From: Levilactobacillus angrenensis
Lineage (GTDB): Bacteria > Bacillota > Bacilli > Lactobacillales > Lactobacillaceae
Direction: 5' to 3'
Length of the DNA stretch: 40,000 nt
Assembly: GCF_003946085.1 (NCBI RefSeq)
Contig: NZ_RHOB01000005.1
Location: 17,716 to 57,715, forward strand
A program made the translations under genes and the position numbers. The stretch's first letter is position 1. Each line of letters starts with the position of its first letter. This document shows positions 1 through 6,847 of this stretch, piece after piece. Under the pieces are notes generated by a model. That model was not told the DNA's origin. It ran no database searches and worked only from the letters and a program-made list of their open reading frames with translations.

Positions 1-356
1 ACGACGTCAACTGGGCCGGCTTTTATTTGTATCAACCGGCAACCGACGATCTCATCTTAGGCCCCTTCCAAGGAAACGTGGCCTGTGTCCACATCGAAAA
101 TAACCGCGGGGTCTGTGGCACTGCCCTGGCAACGCAGACGGTGCAACGCGTCGCTGACGTCCATCAATTTGCCGGCCACATTGCCTGTGATTCCGCCAGC
201 AATTCCGAAGTCGTGGTGCCACTGATTTTAGCCAACGGCAACCCCCTGGGCGTCATGGATATTGATTCCCCTAGTCTGGACCGTTTCAGTGCCGCTGACC
301 AAGCCGTTTTAGAAGAATTTGCCCGCGTTTTGTTAAAACACGTTGACAACCAGTAG
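1..356 (+). CDS. GAF-domain protein, free methionine-(R)-sulfoxide reductase-like (5' end outside window)
   Basis: Frame open from base 3 (DVNWAGFYLYQP...) to TAG at 354-356. The blocks NWAGFYL, LGPFQG..AC, GVCG and HIACD..S.SE.VVPL are typical of the YebR/MsrC GAF family. Confidence 0.8.
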   Translation, partial: DVNWAGFYLYQPATDDLILGPFQGNVACVHIENNRGVCGTALATQTVQRVADVHQFAGHIACDSASNSEVVVPLILANGNPLGVMDIDSPSLDRFSAADQAVLEEFARVLLKHVDNQ

Positions 357-372
357 GCTTTCTGGTTATACT
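343..372 (+). promoter_or_regulatory. Putative sigma-A promoter of rpsD, followed by a ~180-nt untranslated leader (373-554)
   Basis: TTGACA at 343-348 and TATACT at 367-372 with an 18-nt spacer. A long leader before rpsD fits known S4 autoregulation in Firmicutes. The leader structure was not folded. Confidence 0.4.
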
Positions 373-554
373 GGTCGTTGTGTAAAATAATGCAGCGATA
401 AGTGGTAAGCTCGTCAACAGATTGTTGCCGTTACATTGGTTCAAGAAGTAACCTGCGGCTGCATAGGGTGAAACTTGCAAAGCAACCTGCACGAATACTA
501 AACTTATAAACAGCTTATTTTACTCCAAATAATATTTTATTGGAGGAACTATCT

Positions 555-1160
555 ATGTCTCGTTACACTGGCCCAAGCTGGCGTATTTCCCGTCGTTTAG
601 GGGTATCCCTTTCCGGCACTGGTAAAGAATTAAACCGTCGTCCTTACGCACCTGGTGATCATGGTCAAGGTCGTCGTCAAAAGTTATCTGAATACGGTAC
701 GCAATTGCGTGAAAAGCAAAAGCTCCGGTTCACTTACGGCATGACTGAACGTCAATTCTACAACTTGTTCAAGCGTGCCGGCAAGATCTCTGAAGGTACT
801 CATGGTACTAACTTCTTAATCTTGCTCGAACGTCGTCTGGACAACATGGTTTACCGTTTAGGTTTGGCAACGACTCGTCGTCAAGCTCGTCAATTGGTTA
901 ACCATGGTCACATCACTGTTGATGGCAAGCGCGTTGACATCCCTTCATACGAAGTCGAAGTTGGCCAAGTCATCTCTGTTCGTGAAAAGTCCAAGGACAT
1001 GGCCATCATCAAGGGCGCTGTTGAAGCCGTTGTTGGTCGTCCACAATACGTTCAATTCGACGCTGACAAGCTGGAAGGTTCTCTTACCCGCTTCCCTCAA
1101 CGTGAAGAATTAGACGCAGAACTTGACGAATCTCTTATCGTTGAATACTACAACCGTTAG
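555..1160 (+). CDS. rpsD: 30S ribosomal protein S4
   Basis: [16 protein letters not shown]... is the canonical S4 N-terminus, and an S4 RNA-binding domain follows ([27 protein letters not shown]). GGAGG lies 7 nt upstream of the ATG at 555. The TTG at 540 in the ORF track is upstream of that SD. Confidence 0.97.
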   Translation: MSRYTGPSWRISRRLGVSLSGTGKELNRRPYAPGDHGQGRRQKLSEYGTQLREKQKLRFTYGMTERQFYNLFKRAGKISEGTHGTNFLILLERRLDNMVYRLGLATTRRQARQLVNHGHITVDGKRVDIPSYEVEVGQVISVREKSKDMAIIKGAVEAVVGRPQYVQFDADKLEGSLTRFPQREELDAELDESLIVEYYNR

Positions 1161-1256
1161 AGATTTCGGTCTTTCTTGGTTGCTCTGTGGTGCTTTAAAC
1201 GCTGGTATTACGGCATTCTTAAAATTCCGTTTTCTATTGATTACTACTGATTACCC

Positions 1257-1337
1257 CCATTCTGTGGGAGATTTTGTGGGAGATTTTTAGGACAGCGTCA
1301 AGGATTATAGAGGTGCGCACCTTCCATTTTGTGGGAG
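1257..1337 (+). repeat. Three copies of TGTGGGAG; candidate att/arm-site region at the host-prophage junction
   Basis: TGTGGGAGATTT is tandemly repeated at 1263-1274 and 1275-1286. CCATTCTGTGGGAG at 1257-1270 recurs as CCATTTTGTGGGAG at 1324-1337, where it forms the 3' half of the terminator. Confidence 0.3.
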
Positions 1338-1349
1338 GTGCGTTTTTTT
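1316..1349 (+). terminator. Rho-independent terminator (probably the rpsD terminator)
   Basis: CGCACCTTCC (1316-1325) pairs with GGGAGGTGCG (1333-1342): 10 bp with one G-U, a 7-nt loop, then T7 at 1343-1349. Confidence 0.75.
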
Positions 1350-1419
1350 ATGAAAACTTCCTCTACTGGATCAACATCGTAACATTAATAAACACTGACT
1401 ACTTAGGAGCGATTGTCTT

Positions 1420-2271
1420 ATGAAACGAAAAAAGGTAAATAGAATCCTCATCAAGGATAGACATCAAATCAGCGGCTTCAAAGAGGAAACAGTGGCTGAA
1501 GCACTGTTAAACGTAAAAAGGATGTGGGAAACAATTGATAGCTTATCTGTTGATGAATTGAAAAACATTTTACCTCCTCAGCTTATATTAAACTCTCGTG
1601 TTGGAACACTACGGCCCGGTACTATTTATTACAGGGCCCGTATTACGGATGCTAAAAATTACCGAAATATTGGTTATTGGGATGCTTCTCAATTTTGGGA
1701 AGCGCCTAAAGAGTATGTCAAGCATTGGGGACGCTTAAATCGTCCCCATGAATCCGTCCTATACTTATCTAGTGATGTGTCGCAAACCTTTAAAGAAATA
1801 CGTTATCAAGTGAAAAAGAGTCGGCACTATGCGGTCGTTGTTAACTCATACAAGGTTACTAAACCTATCACGGCCACACAAATTGGATATTTTGGTAAAA
1901 GTGGAAGCGTAGCAGACATATATTCAAAAATGATTAGTGATATATTCTCCCTTCCTTCAGAAAAGTTTGGAGAAAACGTATATAAACTGTCAAACTTTTT
2001 GTCGAATTTCTATAATTTTGTTCCCAATAATGCAGCTGCATTTTTCTTCACGCCAGTACTAAATCCCCAAAATGATATTTTGAATTTAGCAATAAATCCA
2101 TCCGATGCACACAAATACTTTGAGTACAACGGTTCAATTGTAATCCCTAAATACAGAGAATCGGTTGACGGTAACATAACTGTAGTTTCAGCAAACGACG
2201 ATGCCTTCAATCTCCTAGATCCGTCAAAAAATAAAAGATGGATTTTTGATAACTTCAAAATTAAATATTAA
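1420..2271 (+). CDS. RES-domain protein (NAD+-targeting toxin family), orphan; no cognate Xre/DUF2384 antitoxin ORF
   Basis: RPGTIYYRAR, then HWGRLNRPHESVLYLSSDVSQTFKEI (the RES signature GR.N....vlYls....a..E), then a distal FFFTPV...NDILNLAINP block. AGGAG lies upstream. The segment is clearly AT-rich and on the opposite strand to the phage genes. Confidence 0.7.
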   Translation: MKRKKVNRILIKDRHQISGFKEETVAEALLNVKRMWETIDSLSVDELKNILPPQLILNSRVGTLRPGTIYYRARITDAKNYRNIGYWDASQFWEAPKEYVKHWGRLNRPHESVLYLSSDVSQTFKEIRYQVKKSRHYAVVVNSYKVTKPITATQIGYFGKSGSVADIYSKMISDIFSLPSEKFGENVYKLSNFLSNFYNFVPNNAAAFFFTPVLNPQNDILNLAINPSDAHKYFEYNGSIVIPKYRESVDGNITVVSANDDAFNLLDPSKNKRWIFDNFKIKY

Positions 2272-2284
2272 AGCAGCGTAAAAG

Positions 2285-2324
2285 GAAAGCCACCCTACCC
2301 ATCAATTTGGATAGAGTGGCTTTC
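2285..2324. terminator. Hairpin between the convergent RES gene and endolysin gene (bidirectional terminator candidate)
   Basis: GAAAGCCACCCTA / TAGAGTGGCTTTC forms a 13-bp stem with one mismatch and a 14-nt loop. It lies 3 nt after the endolysin stop and 13 nt after the RES stop. Confidence 0.6.
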
Positions 2325-2327
2325 GCG

Positions 2328-3089
2328 TTACTTGAGTTTTTTCACGTAATCTGTGTTGCTAGTGATATATAGACCATTTCCCAGCTTCAGCCGTGTAATC
2401 TTACCATACCCAACTACACTAGCAATATCAAAGATTGTCCCCGGCTTAAAGGTCAGTTCCCTTTTCTTGAACGCCTTGTCATGGTACCGCGTCACATTAG
2501 TCTTAGCCTTCACTTGCTTGGCCGCCTTCAAATAGGTGGCCTTTTTTGCTGGTGTGGAAGCCGAACCACCAACGCCATTCTTCAAGTCCTTGGCAAACTG
2601 ACTCTTACTGATACCCCACTTCTTAAGATAGCCGTATGGATCCTGGTGGTCACCCCAGAGGTTATCGGACACCCACTTGTGGGTCTTGATTCCATTACCA
2701 GCTCCGTCCAAAGCAAGCGGAATCCCGTATTTCTTAGCATAATACCGAATCACCCATACGTAGCGCTTATAGCTGGCATCGAAACGCGTCTGCGTGTTAA
2801 CGTGGGCCAATTCCACTTGAAACGGGCTGCGTTCGTTAGCAGGACTGCCAGCGCCATAAGCGATGTATCCCGGCGTCCCGACGATGTAAATACCTTGGTC
2901 ATCCACAATAGCATGCGTGTACGCATTCTGCCAGTGACCGCGCATGTAGCTAGCCTCGTTCTTGGCACTTCCGACTCCCTTATTGTTATCATTACCGGTG
3001 TCATGGGCAATGATGTACTGATGGGACGCTTTACCACTAGAACCCTGGTTGGCCCCTAACTCGTAGCTATGATTTAAACTATAACCCAT
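2328..3089 (-). CDS. Endolysin: N-acetylmuramoyl-L-alanine amidase (Amidase_2/PGRP type) with a C-terminal SH3-like cell-wall-binding domain
   Basis: [11 protein letters not shown]...NEASYM...THAIVDD...QVELAH are amidase_2 blocks. The C-terminal ~70 aa are basic and beta-rich. It sits directly downstream of the holin with an ATGA overlap. Confidence 0.85.
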   Translation of the reverse strand: MGYSLNHSYELGANQGSSGKASHQYIIAHDTGNDNNKGVGSAKNEASYMRGHWQNAYTHAIVDDQGIYIVGTPGYIAYGAGSPANERSPFQVELAHVNTQTRFDASYKRYVWVIRYYAKKYGIPLALDGAGNGIKTHKWVSDNLWGDHQDPYGYLKKWGISKSQFAKDLKNGVGGSASTPAKKATYLKAAKQVKAKTNVTRYHDKAFKKRELTFKPGTIFDIASVVGYGKITRLKLGNGLYITSNTDYVKKLK

Positions 3090-3382
3090 TATTTATCATC
3101 CTCCTTCACATTGAAACCTTTAAAGCCATCGAATAATCCAGACGTGAAACCGCCTACCAGAAGCCCCATAACGGCCCCTGACAGGAAGTTATGGTCGGCG
3201 GTCACAACTACCGATAACAAGCCGACCACCGTCCCCACCAGCATAGACAGCCACGGCATCCACTGGTTGGGTACCTTGGTTTGCTTCGCTGCCTGTGTCA
3301 AAACAAAAACGACTAAAGTGGTCAATGCCAGTTCAGTCGCCGTTCCTAGATTGAGTTGCTGGATATAATCCACACTACTCAC
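3089..3382 (-). CDS. Holin
   Basis: 97 aa with hydrophobic segments and a charged C-terminus (KEDDK). It is immediately upstream of the endolysin. Confidence 0.75.
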   Translation of the reverse strand: MSSVDYIQQLNLGTATELALTTLVVFVLTQAAKQTKVPNQWMPWLSMLVGTVVGLLSVVVTADHNFLSGAVMGLLVGGFTSGLFDGFKGFNVKEDDK

Positions 3383-3563
3383 CTCGCTTCTTCAACTTTT
3401 CTACTTCCTTCTTTAATCGGTCATTCTCTCTCTTTAATCGCTTAATTTCATCAGTTTTAGTTGGCGGCTTACCGGCGTTAATCCGGGCCACCCACACCGG
3501 CACGTAACCGACCGCAATAGCTGAGATTGCAGAGAGAATGGCCGTGAATACCTTGTCGCTCAA
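3375..3563 (-). CDS. Small membrane-anchored coiled-coil protein (lysis-cassette associated)
   Basis: N-terminal TM segment (FTAILSAISAIAVGYVPVWVA), then a charged heptad-like tail (EIKRLKRENDRLKKEVEKLKKR). It overlaps the holin start. Confidence 0.6.
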   Translation of the reverse strand: MSDKVFTAILSAISAIAVGYVPVWVARINAGKPPTKTDEIKRLKRENDRLKKEVEKLKKRGE

Positions 3564-3565
3564 CT

Positions 3566-3961
3566 TTAATCATCCCCTGTGAATGCATAACTGATAATCC
3601 GACAAATCACCCCACCAGTCAGAACGGCCCCGGGACTGATTAACGCTCCCATCTCCATGTCATGAACCAGGAATCCCAAGAAAAATGACATCCACACAAA
3701 GACCAGGCAACCAATCATAATCGGCCGGGCATAGAACCAATGGAAGTCCCAGATTGAGTAGACCATCGCAAACGTACCGATGACCGCAATTAGAAAAATC
3801 GACACCGGATCATCAAGGAATCCCAGCATAGTGTGCGCTGGGGGCTTCAAGTCGAAGAAATTGACTTGGATGATGAAGACTACTGCGATAGCGTAAGTTT
3901 CGACTGCAGACCAGAACCAAAACTGGTTCTTCTTGTAGTGTCCGTATAGCTTTGAGTCCAT
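3566..3961 (-). CDS. Integral membrane protein (about 4 TM), function unknown
   Basis: 131 aa with four long hydrophobic stretches. It lies between XkdX and the holin. Confidence 0.6.
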   Translation of the reverse strand: MDSKLYGHYKKNQFWFWSAVETYAIAVVFIIQVNFFDLKPPAHTMLGFLDDPVSIFLIAVIGTFAMVYSIWDFHWFYARPIMIGCLVFVWMSFFLGFLVHDMEMGALISPGAVLTGGVICRIISYAFTGDD

Positions 3962-3975
3962 AAGAAAAGCACCCC

Positions 3976-4134
3976 CTATGCCTCAGCTGGCTTGTAGTCG
4001 GTGCCCGTGATTTCTTTATACTGGTCAGCGGTGATAGTCCCCAGCGGAACGTAGGCTGCCAGGAACTCATCTGTCATAAACATCTTGCCCCAGCTGTATT
4101 GCATCTTTAAAACATCAAAATTTGGATAAGTCAT
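3976..4134 (-). CDS. XkdX-family small phage protein (52 aa; below the ORF-track cutoff)
   Basis: My translation is MTYPNFDVLKMQYSWGKMFMTDEFLAAYVPLGTITADQYKEITGTDYKPAEA. The ITADQYKEITG motif is typical of XkdX. AGGAGG lies 8 nt upstream. Confidence 0.75.
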   Translation of the reverse strand: MTYPNFDVLKMQYSWGKMFMTDEFLAAYVPLGTITADQYKEITGTDYKPAEA

Positions 4135-4152
4135 GATAAATTCCTCCTATTT

Positions 4153-4599
4153 TTATTCTGTAGTAGCAGCTTGGCTTTGCGCCATTACTTTTGACATTTG
4201 AACTAACATTTGTTTCATTTGAGTCTGGTCGGCGGCCGATTCAGCTTGCGCTTGGCTTGACTGAATCAACATCTGCTGCAACTGTGTGATAGTAGCATTG
4301 GCGGCAGTCAACTGACTATCCATGGTACTGATAGTATCCGTAGCCGTTGTCAGTTGGCCGTTCACCACATCAATGACGTGTAGCAAGTGATCGACGCTTA
4401 AGTCAGCAAAATCATCGCTGGTCCGCTTGAATTGGCCGTCAATCACCAAATACTTCGTCCAATTTTCCAACAAGTAATTTAGCATCCCCGGCCGAATCCA
4501 CAGTTCTGTCAGGCCGTCTGCAGACACCGACTTGGGCTGCTCGTTTAGTGTTGAATTATCAGCATCGATGCTGACATACACTGGTACTGTTTTTGACAT
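4153..4599 (-). CDS. Hypothetical tail-associated protein with a Q/A/T-rich C-terminal coiled coil (XkdW position)
   Basis: The start was moved to MSKTVPVY (AAGGAG 8 nt upstream, inside the end of the preceding gene). The 24-aa extension in the ORF track overlaps that gene. Confidence 0.65.
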   Translation of the reverse strand: MSKTVPVYVSIDADNSTLNEQPKSVSADGLTELWIRPGMLNYLLENWTKYLVIDGQFKRTSDDFADLSVDHLLHVIDVVNGQLTTATDTISTMDSQLTAANATITQLQQMLIQSSQAQAESAADQTQMKQMLVQMSKVMAQSQAATTE

Positions 4600-4603
4600 A
4601 AAA

Positions 4604-5029
4604 TCACTCCTTAATTTTTTCGATATTGATTTTAACTGAACCGGACATACCGATATAAAAGTTCTGAGCATCGACTCTATCTGTACTGCTGTACGACACC
4701 GCGCTAATTGTCATACCATCATCGCTAATCATTAATCTAACACCACCTATAGTGGCACCATAATTTTGCATACAGTTTCCAACGAAGTTATTTGCCCCAG
4801 CAAAATTAACAAACCTAAAGCCATCAGGTGGATTAATTTTGAAAGACATCGTTGACGTGGAAACCATACCAAAAATTTTCATTTGAGTATTATCCACTTG
4901 AGACAACAGCAATCCACTACTAATTGTTCCGACAAAATTTGTATACGGTTTCCACTGATTTATCCGGTCATAAAGCACCTGGTTACCCAGGGTAATCTTG
5001 GATACATCATCGCTAATTGCTAATCCCAT
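4604..5029 (-). CDS. Tail-fibre-region paralogue 4 (141 aa)
   Basis: N-terminal DVSKITLGNQVLY and central INPPDGFRF motifs are shared with the other three paralogues. GGAGG lies 9 nt upstream. Confidence 0.75.
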   Translation of the reverse strand: MGLAISDDVSKITLGNQVLYDRINQWKPYTNFVGTISSGLLLSQVDNTQMKIFGMVSTSTMSFKINPPDGFRFVNFAGANNFVGNCMQNYGATIGGVRLMISDDGMTISAVSYSSTDRVDAQNFYIGMSGSVKINIEKIKE

Positions 5030-5077
5030 AAGTGTTCGCCTCCAATCAAAGACGAACCCTTATGAGTTAGTGAAATT

Positions 5078-5131
5078 CTATAGGGTTGCCCCCCCCCGAA
5101 CATTTACGGTGCTTGTGAATTTATCGTACAT
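5078..5131 (-). CDS. Mini-ORF A (17 codons, MYDKFTSTVNVRGGATL) containing the G9 tract
   Basis: AAGGAGGA lies 7 nt upstream of the ATG, inside the end of the upstream gene. It is homologous in layout to mini-ORFs B and C. Confidence 0.5.
   Translation of the reverse strand: MYDKFTSTVNVRGGATL
5089..5097 (-). repeat. Homopolymer: C9 on the plus strand = G9 on the coding strand
   Basis: Counted directly: ...gttg ccccccccc gaac... Confidence 0.95.
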
Positions 5132-5133
5132 GG

Positions 5134-5628
5134 TTAGTCCTCCTTGATTACATTGAATTGGATATCTGCAGAAAATAATACATTAGCAGCTCCAGGCCCG
5201 CCATATGAGTTGTTGAGCACCCATGTTTGGCTACCTTGATTTGCCGCATAGTTATTTGAGATTTGCCCATAACACTTATTTCCATCGTATTTCATCGGAA
5301 CAGCATGTCCTCCTCCCGCTCCTGAATCACCAATAGTAAAAGTTGCTGGGTTATTAGACGCGAAGCTATACCCATTTGGCAACTCTAATGCCAGTCGCCA
5401 TTTTTTAATGCCCTCACCAGATGGGATTGTAACCGCGCGGATGCCTTTAAAAGCTGCAATACCGGTTTGAGGGTCAAATTTCATAATTTCCATACCGACA
5501 AAATCCGTTCCCTTTGTCCCGTTGTCTGGAAGCTCAATCCACGTAGTATTCGGGTCTTGCCGCTCCCACAGAGTCTCACTGCCAAGGGTGATTTTCGCTA
5601 CATCGCTAGACATGCTAACCTCACTCAT
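5134..5628 (-). CDS. Tail-fibre-region paralogue 3 (164 aa from MSEVSMSSDVAKITLG)
   Basis: Motifs DVAKITLGSETLW and LELPNGYSF. The start at 5628 gives the same N-terminal length as its paralogues, with GGTGGTGA as the SD. The ATG at 5613 is an alternative start. Confidence 0.75.
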   Translation of the reverse strand: MSEVSMSSDVAKITLGSETLWERQDPNTTWIELPDNGTKGTDFVGMEIMKFDPQTGIAAFKGIRAVTIPSGEGIKKWRLALELPNGYSFASNNPATFTIGDSGAGGGHAVPMKYDGNKCYGQISNNYAANQGSQTWVLNNSYGGPGAANVLFSADIQFNVIKED

Positions 5629-5661
5629 GGCAGTCACCACCAGTCTGAGTAGAACCAGCGG

Positions 5662-5718
5662 TTAGAGGGTGGTTTCTACCCCCCCCCCCGACATTTTAAG
5701 CGTGTTAACTAGTTTCAT
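5662..5718 (-). CDS. Mini-ORF B (18 codons, MKLVNTLKMSGGGVETTL) containing the G11 tract
   Basis: AAAGGA lies 8 nt upstream. An in-frame ATG at 5727 has no spacer to the SD. Confidence 0.45.
   Translation of the reverse strand: MKLVNTLKMSGGGVETTL
5679..5689 (-). repeat. Homopolymer: C11 on the plus strand = G11 on the coding strand
   Basis: Counted directly: ...ttcta ccccccccccc gaca... Confidence 0.95.
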
Positions 5719-5732
5719 TTGTCTCATCCTTT

Positions 5733-6233
5733 CTAGTCCGGTATTACAGACGTTGTAGTCCAGCAATGATATCCTGTGTAGTTATCATCTAAATCGCTCA
5801 TAAAAATAATTATTCTTCCTGCAGGGTAAACTGAAGCTGAGTTCATTTTCCAATTGAATTTTGCACTAATTGAATCACCTGACATGGTGAAAGACAAATC
5901 ACCATAGTAGGATCCAGTCCCATACATAATTCCAGATGTGGCATTACTAGTTTTGCTTCCGAGTGGGAAAGTACTGTCAGTCTTGCTAAACCGATACCCA
6001 TCTGGCAGCGTTAAAAGAATCTTGTTCCATGTACCTTGACTATATGTCCATGTGATATCAGCAGCTCCAATAAAACTAGTAACGCCTGTCGATGCATCAT
6101 AGTGCATCAAAATTGGCGTGCCCGAAAAGTCTGCATTGACCATACATGGTAGCCACACATCTTCCGCATTCACAAACTCGTTTCCGGCCAGTGTCAATCG
6201 TGATATCTTGTCTCCGCCTACTGTGAGTGTCAT
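5733..6233 (-). CDS. Tail-fibre-region paralogue 2 (166 aa)
   Basis: Motifs DKISRLTLAGNEF and LTLPDGYRF. GAGGTGA lies 6 nt upstream. Confidence 0.75.
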   Translation of the reverse strand: MTLTVGGDKISRLTLAGNEFVNAEDVWLPCMVNADFSGTPILMHYDASTGVTSFIGAADITWTYSQGTWNKILLTLPDGYRFSKTDSTFPLGSKTSNATSGIMYGTGSYYGDLSFTMSGDSISAKFNWKMNSASVYPAGRIIIFMSDLDDNYTGYHCWTTTSVIPD

Positions 6234-6266
6234 AAGGCATCACCTCGGTGGTTCAGACGAGTATTT

Positions 6267-6308
6267 CTACCCCCCCCCCATGATAAATGGGGTTAATTTA
6301 TTAGTCAT
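6267..6308 (-). CDS. Mini-ORF C (13 codons, MTNKLTPFIMGGG) containing the G10 tract
   Basis: TAGGAGGT lies 6 nt upstream of the ATG and overlaps the stop of the upstream paralogue. A TAG follows the G run directly. Confidence 0.5.
   Translation of the reverse strand: MTNKLTPFIMGGG
6270..6279 (-). repeat. Homopolymer: C10 on the plus strand = G10 on the coding strand
   Basis: Counted directly: ...ttcta cccccccccc atga... Confidence 0.95.
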
Positions 6309-6319
6309 GGTATTACCTC

Positions 6320-6847
6320 CTATACTTTCTCAAGTCCGATGATTGCAGGACCACCAAAATTATCGTCTGTAGCAGAGACATGGTTGATGTCATTACCGTT
6401 AAAGTTAATCAACACACGTATTTTTCCATAAAGATTACTGTTATGTTGAGCTCGCACAACTGTGACATTTCCATCTGCAAAAGAAATATATCCATAGCCA
6501 CGCTGAACGGCTTGATTGGATCCTGATGTTGTATACATACTCGTATAAACTAGAATTGTCGGTCCATAAGATGGTCCAACTTGCCAATTATGATCTAGAA
6601 AAGTATACCCGTTGGGTGGATTTAGCAACTTAAAAGACGGCGTGTACAAGCTATCCGATGTTGCTTGGGTCAAATAGCCTAAGCTTCCAACTAATCCTGC
6701 TGTTCCATCGCCGTAATCCTTAAAAAACACATTGCCGCTCACCCCATCAGGTAGCTTCAGCGGAATCCATCCATCAGAATTCTGCCAGACAGTGTCGCCG
6801 CCCAACGTAATCTTGCTGACGCTATTTGGTACTTCCAATTCAGCCAT
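6320..6847 (-). CDS. Tail-fibre-region paralogue 1 (175 aa from MAELEV)
   Basis: Motifs SVSKITLGGDTVW and LLNPPNGYTF. The start overlaps the fibre stop (TAATG), with GGGGAGGTG upstream. Confidence 0.8.
   Translation of the reverse strand: MAELEVPNSVSKITLGGDTVWQNSDGWIPLKLPDGVSGNVFFKDYGDGTAGLVGSLGYLTQATSDSLYTPSFKLLNPPNGYTFLDHNWQVGPSYGPTILVYTSMYTTSGSNQAVQRGYGYISFADGNVTVVRAQHNSNLYGKIRVLINFNGNDINHVSATDDNFGGPAIIGLEKV

Noticed and set aside
2481-3059. 192-aa plus-strand ORF
   Set aside because: It is antisense to the well-supported amidase endolysin gene. It has no SD and an unstructured composition.
5078-6308. G tracts acting as variable spacers between -35 and -10 promoter hexamers (Bordetella fim-type phase variation)
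   Set aside because: Only leader A has a decent -10 (TAGAAT) at a 17-nt distance from the tract start, and it has no credible -35. Leaders B and C give spacers of 11-15 nt and a poor TAGAAA. The pattern is not consistent across the three copies.
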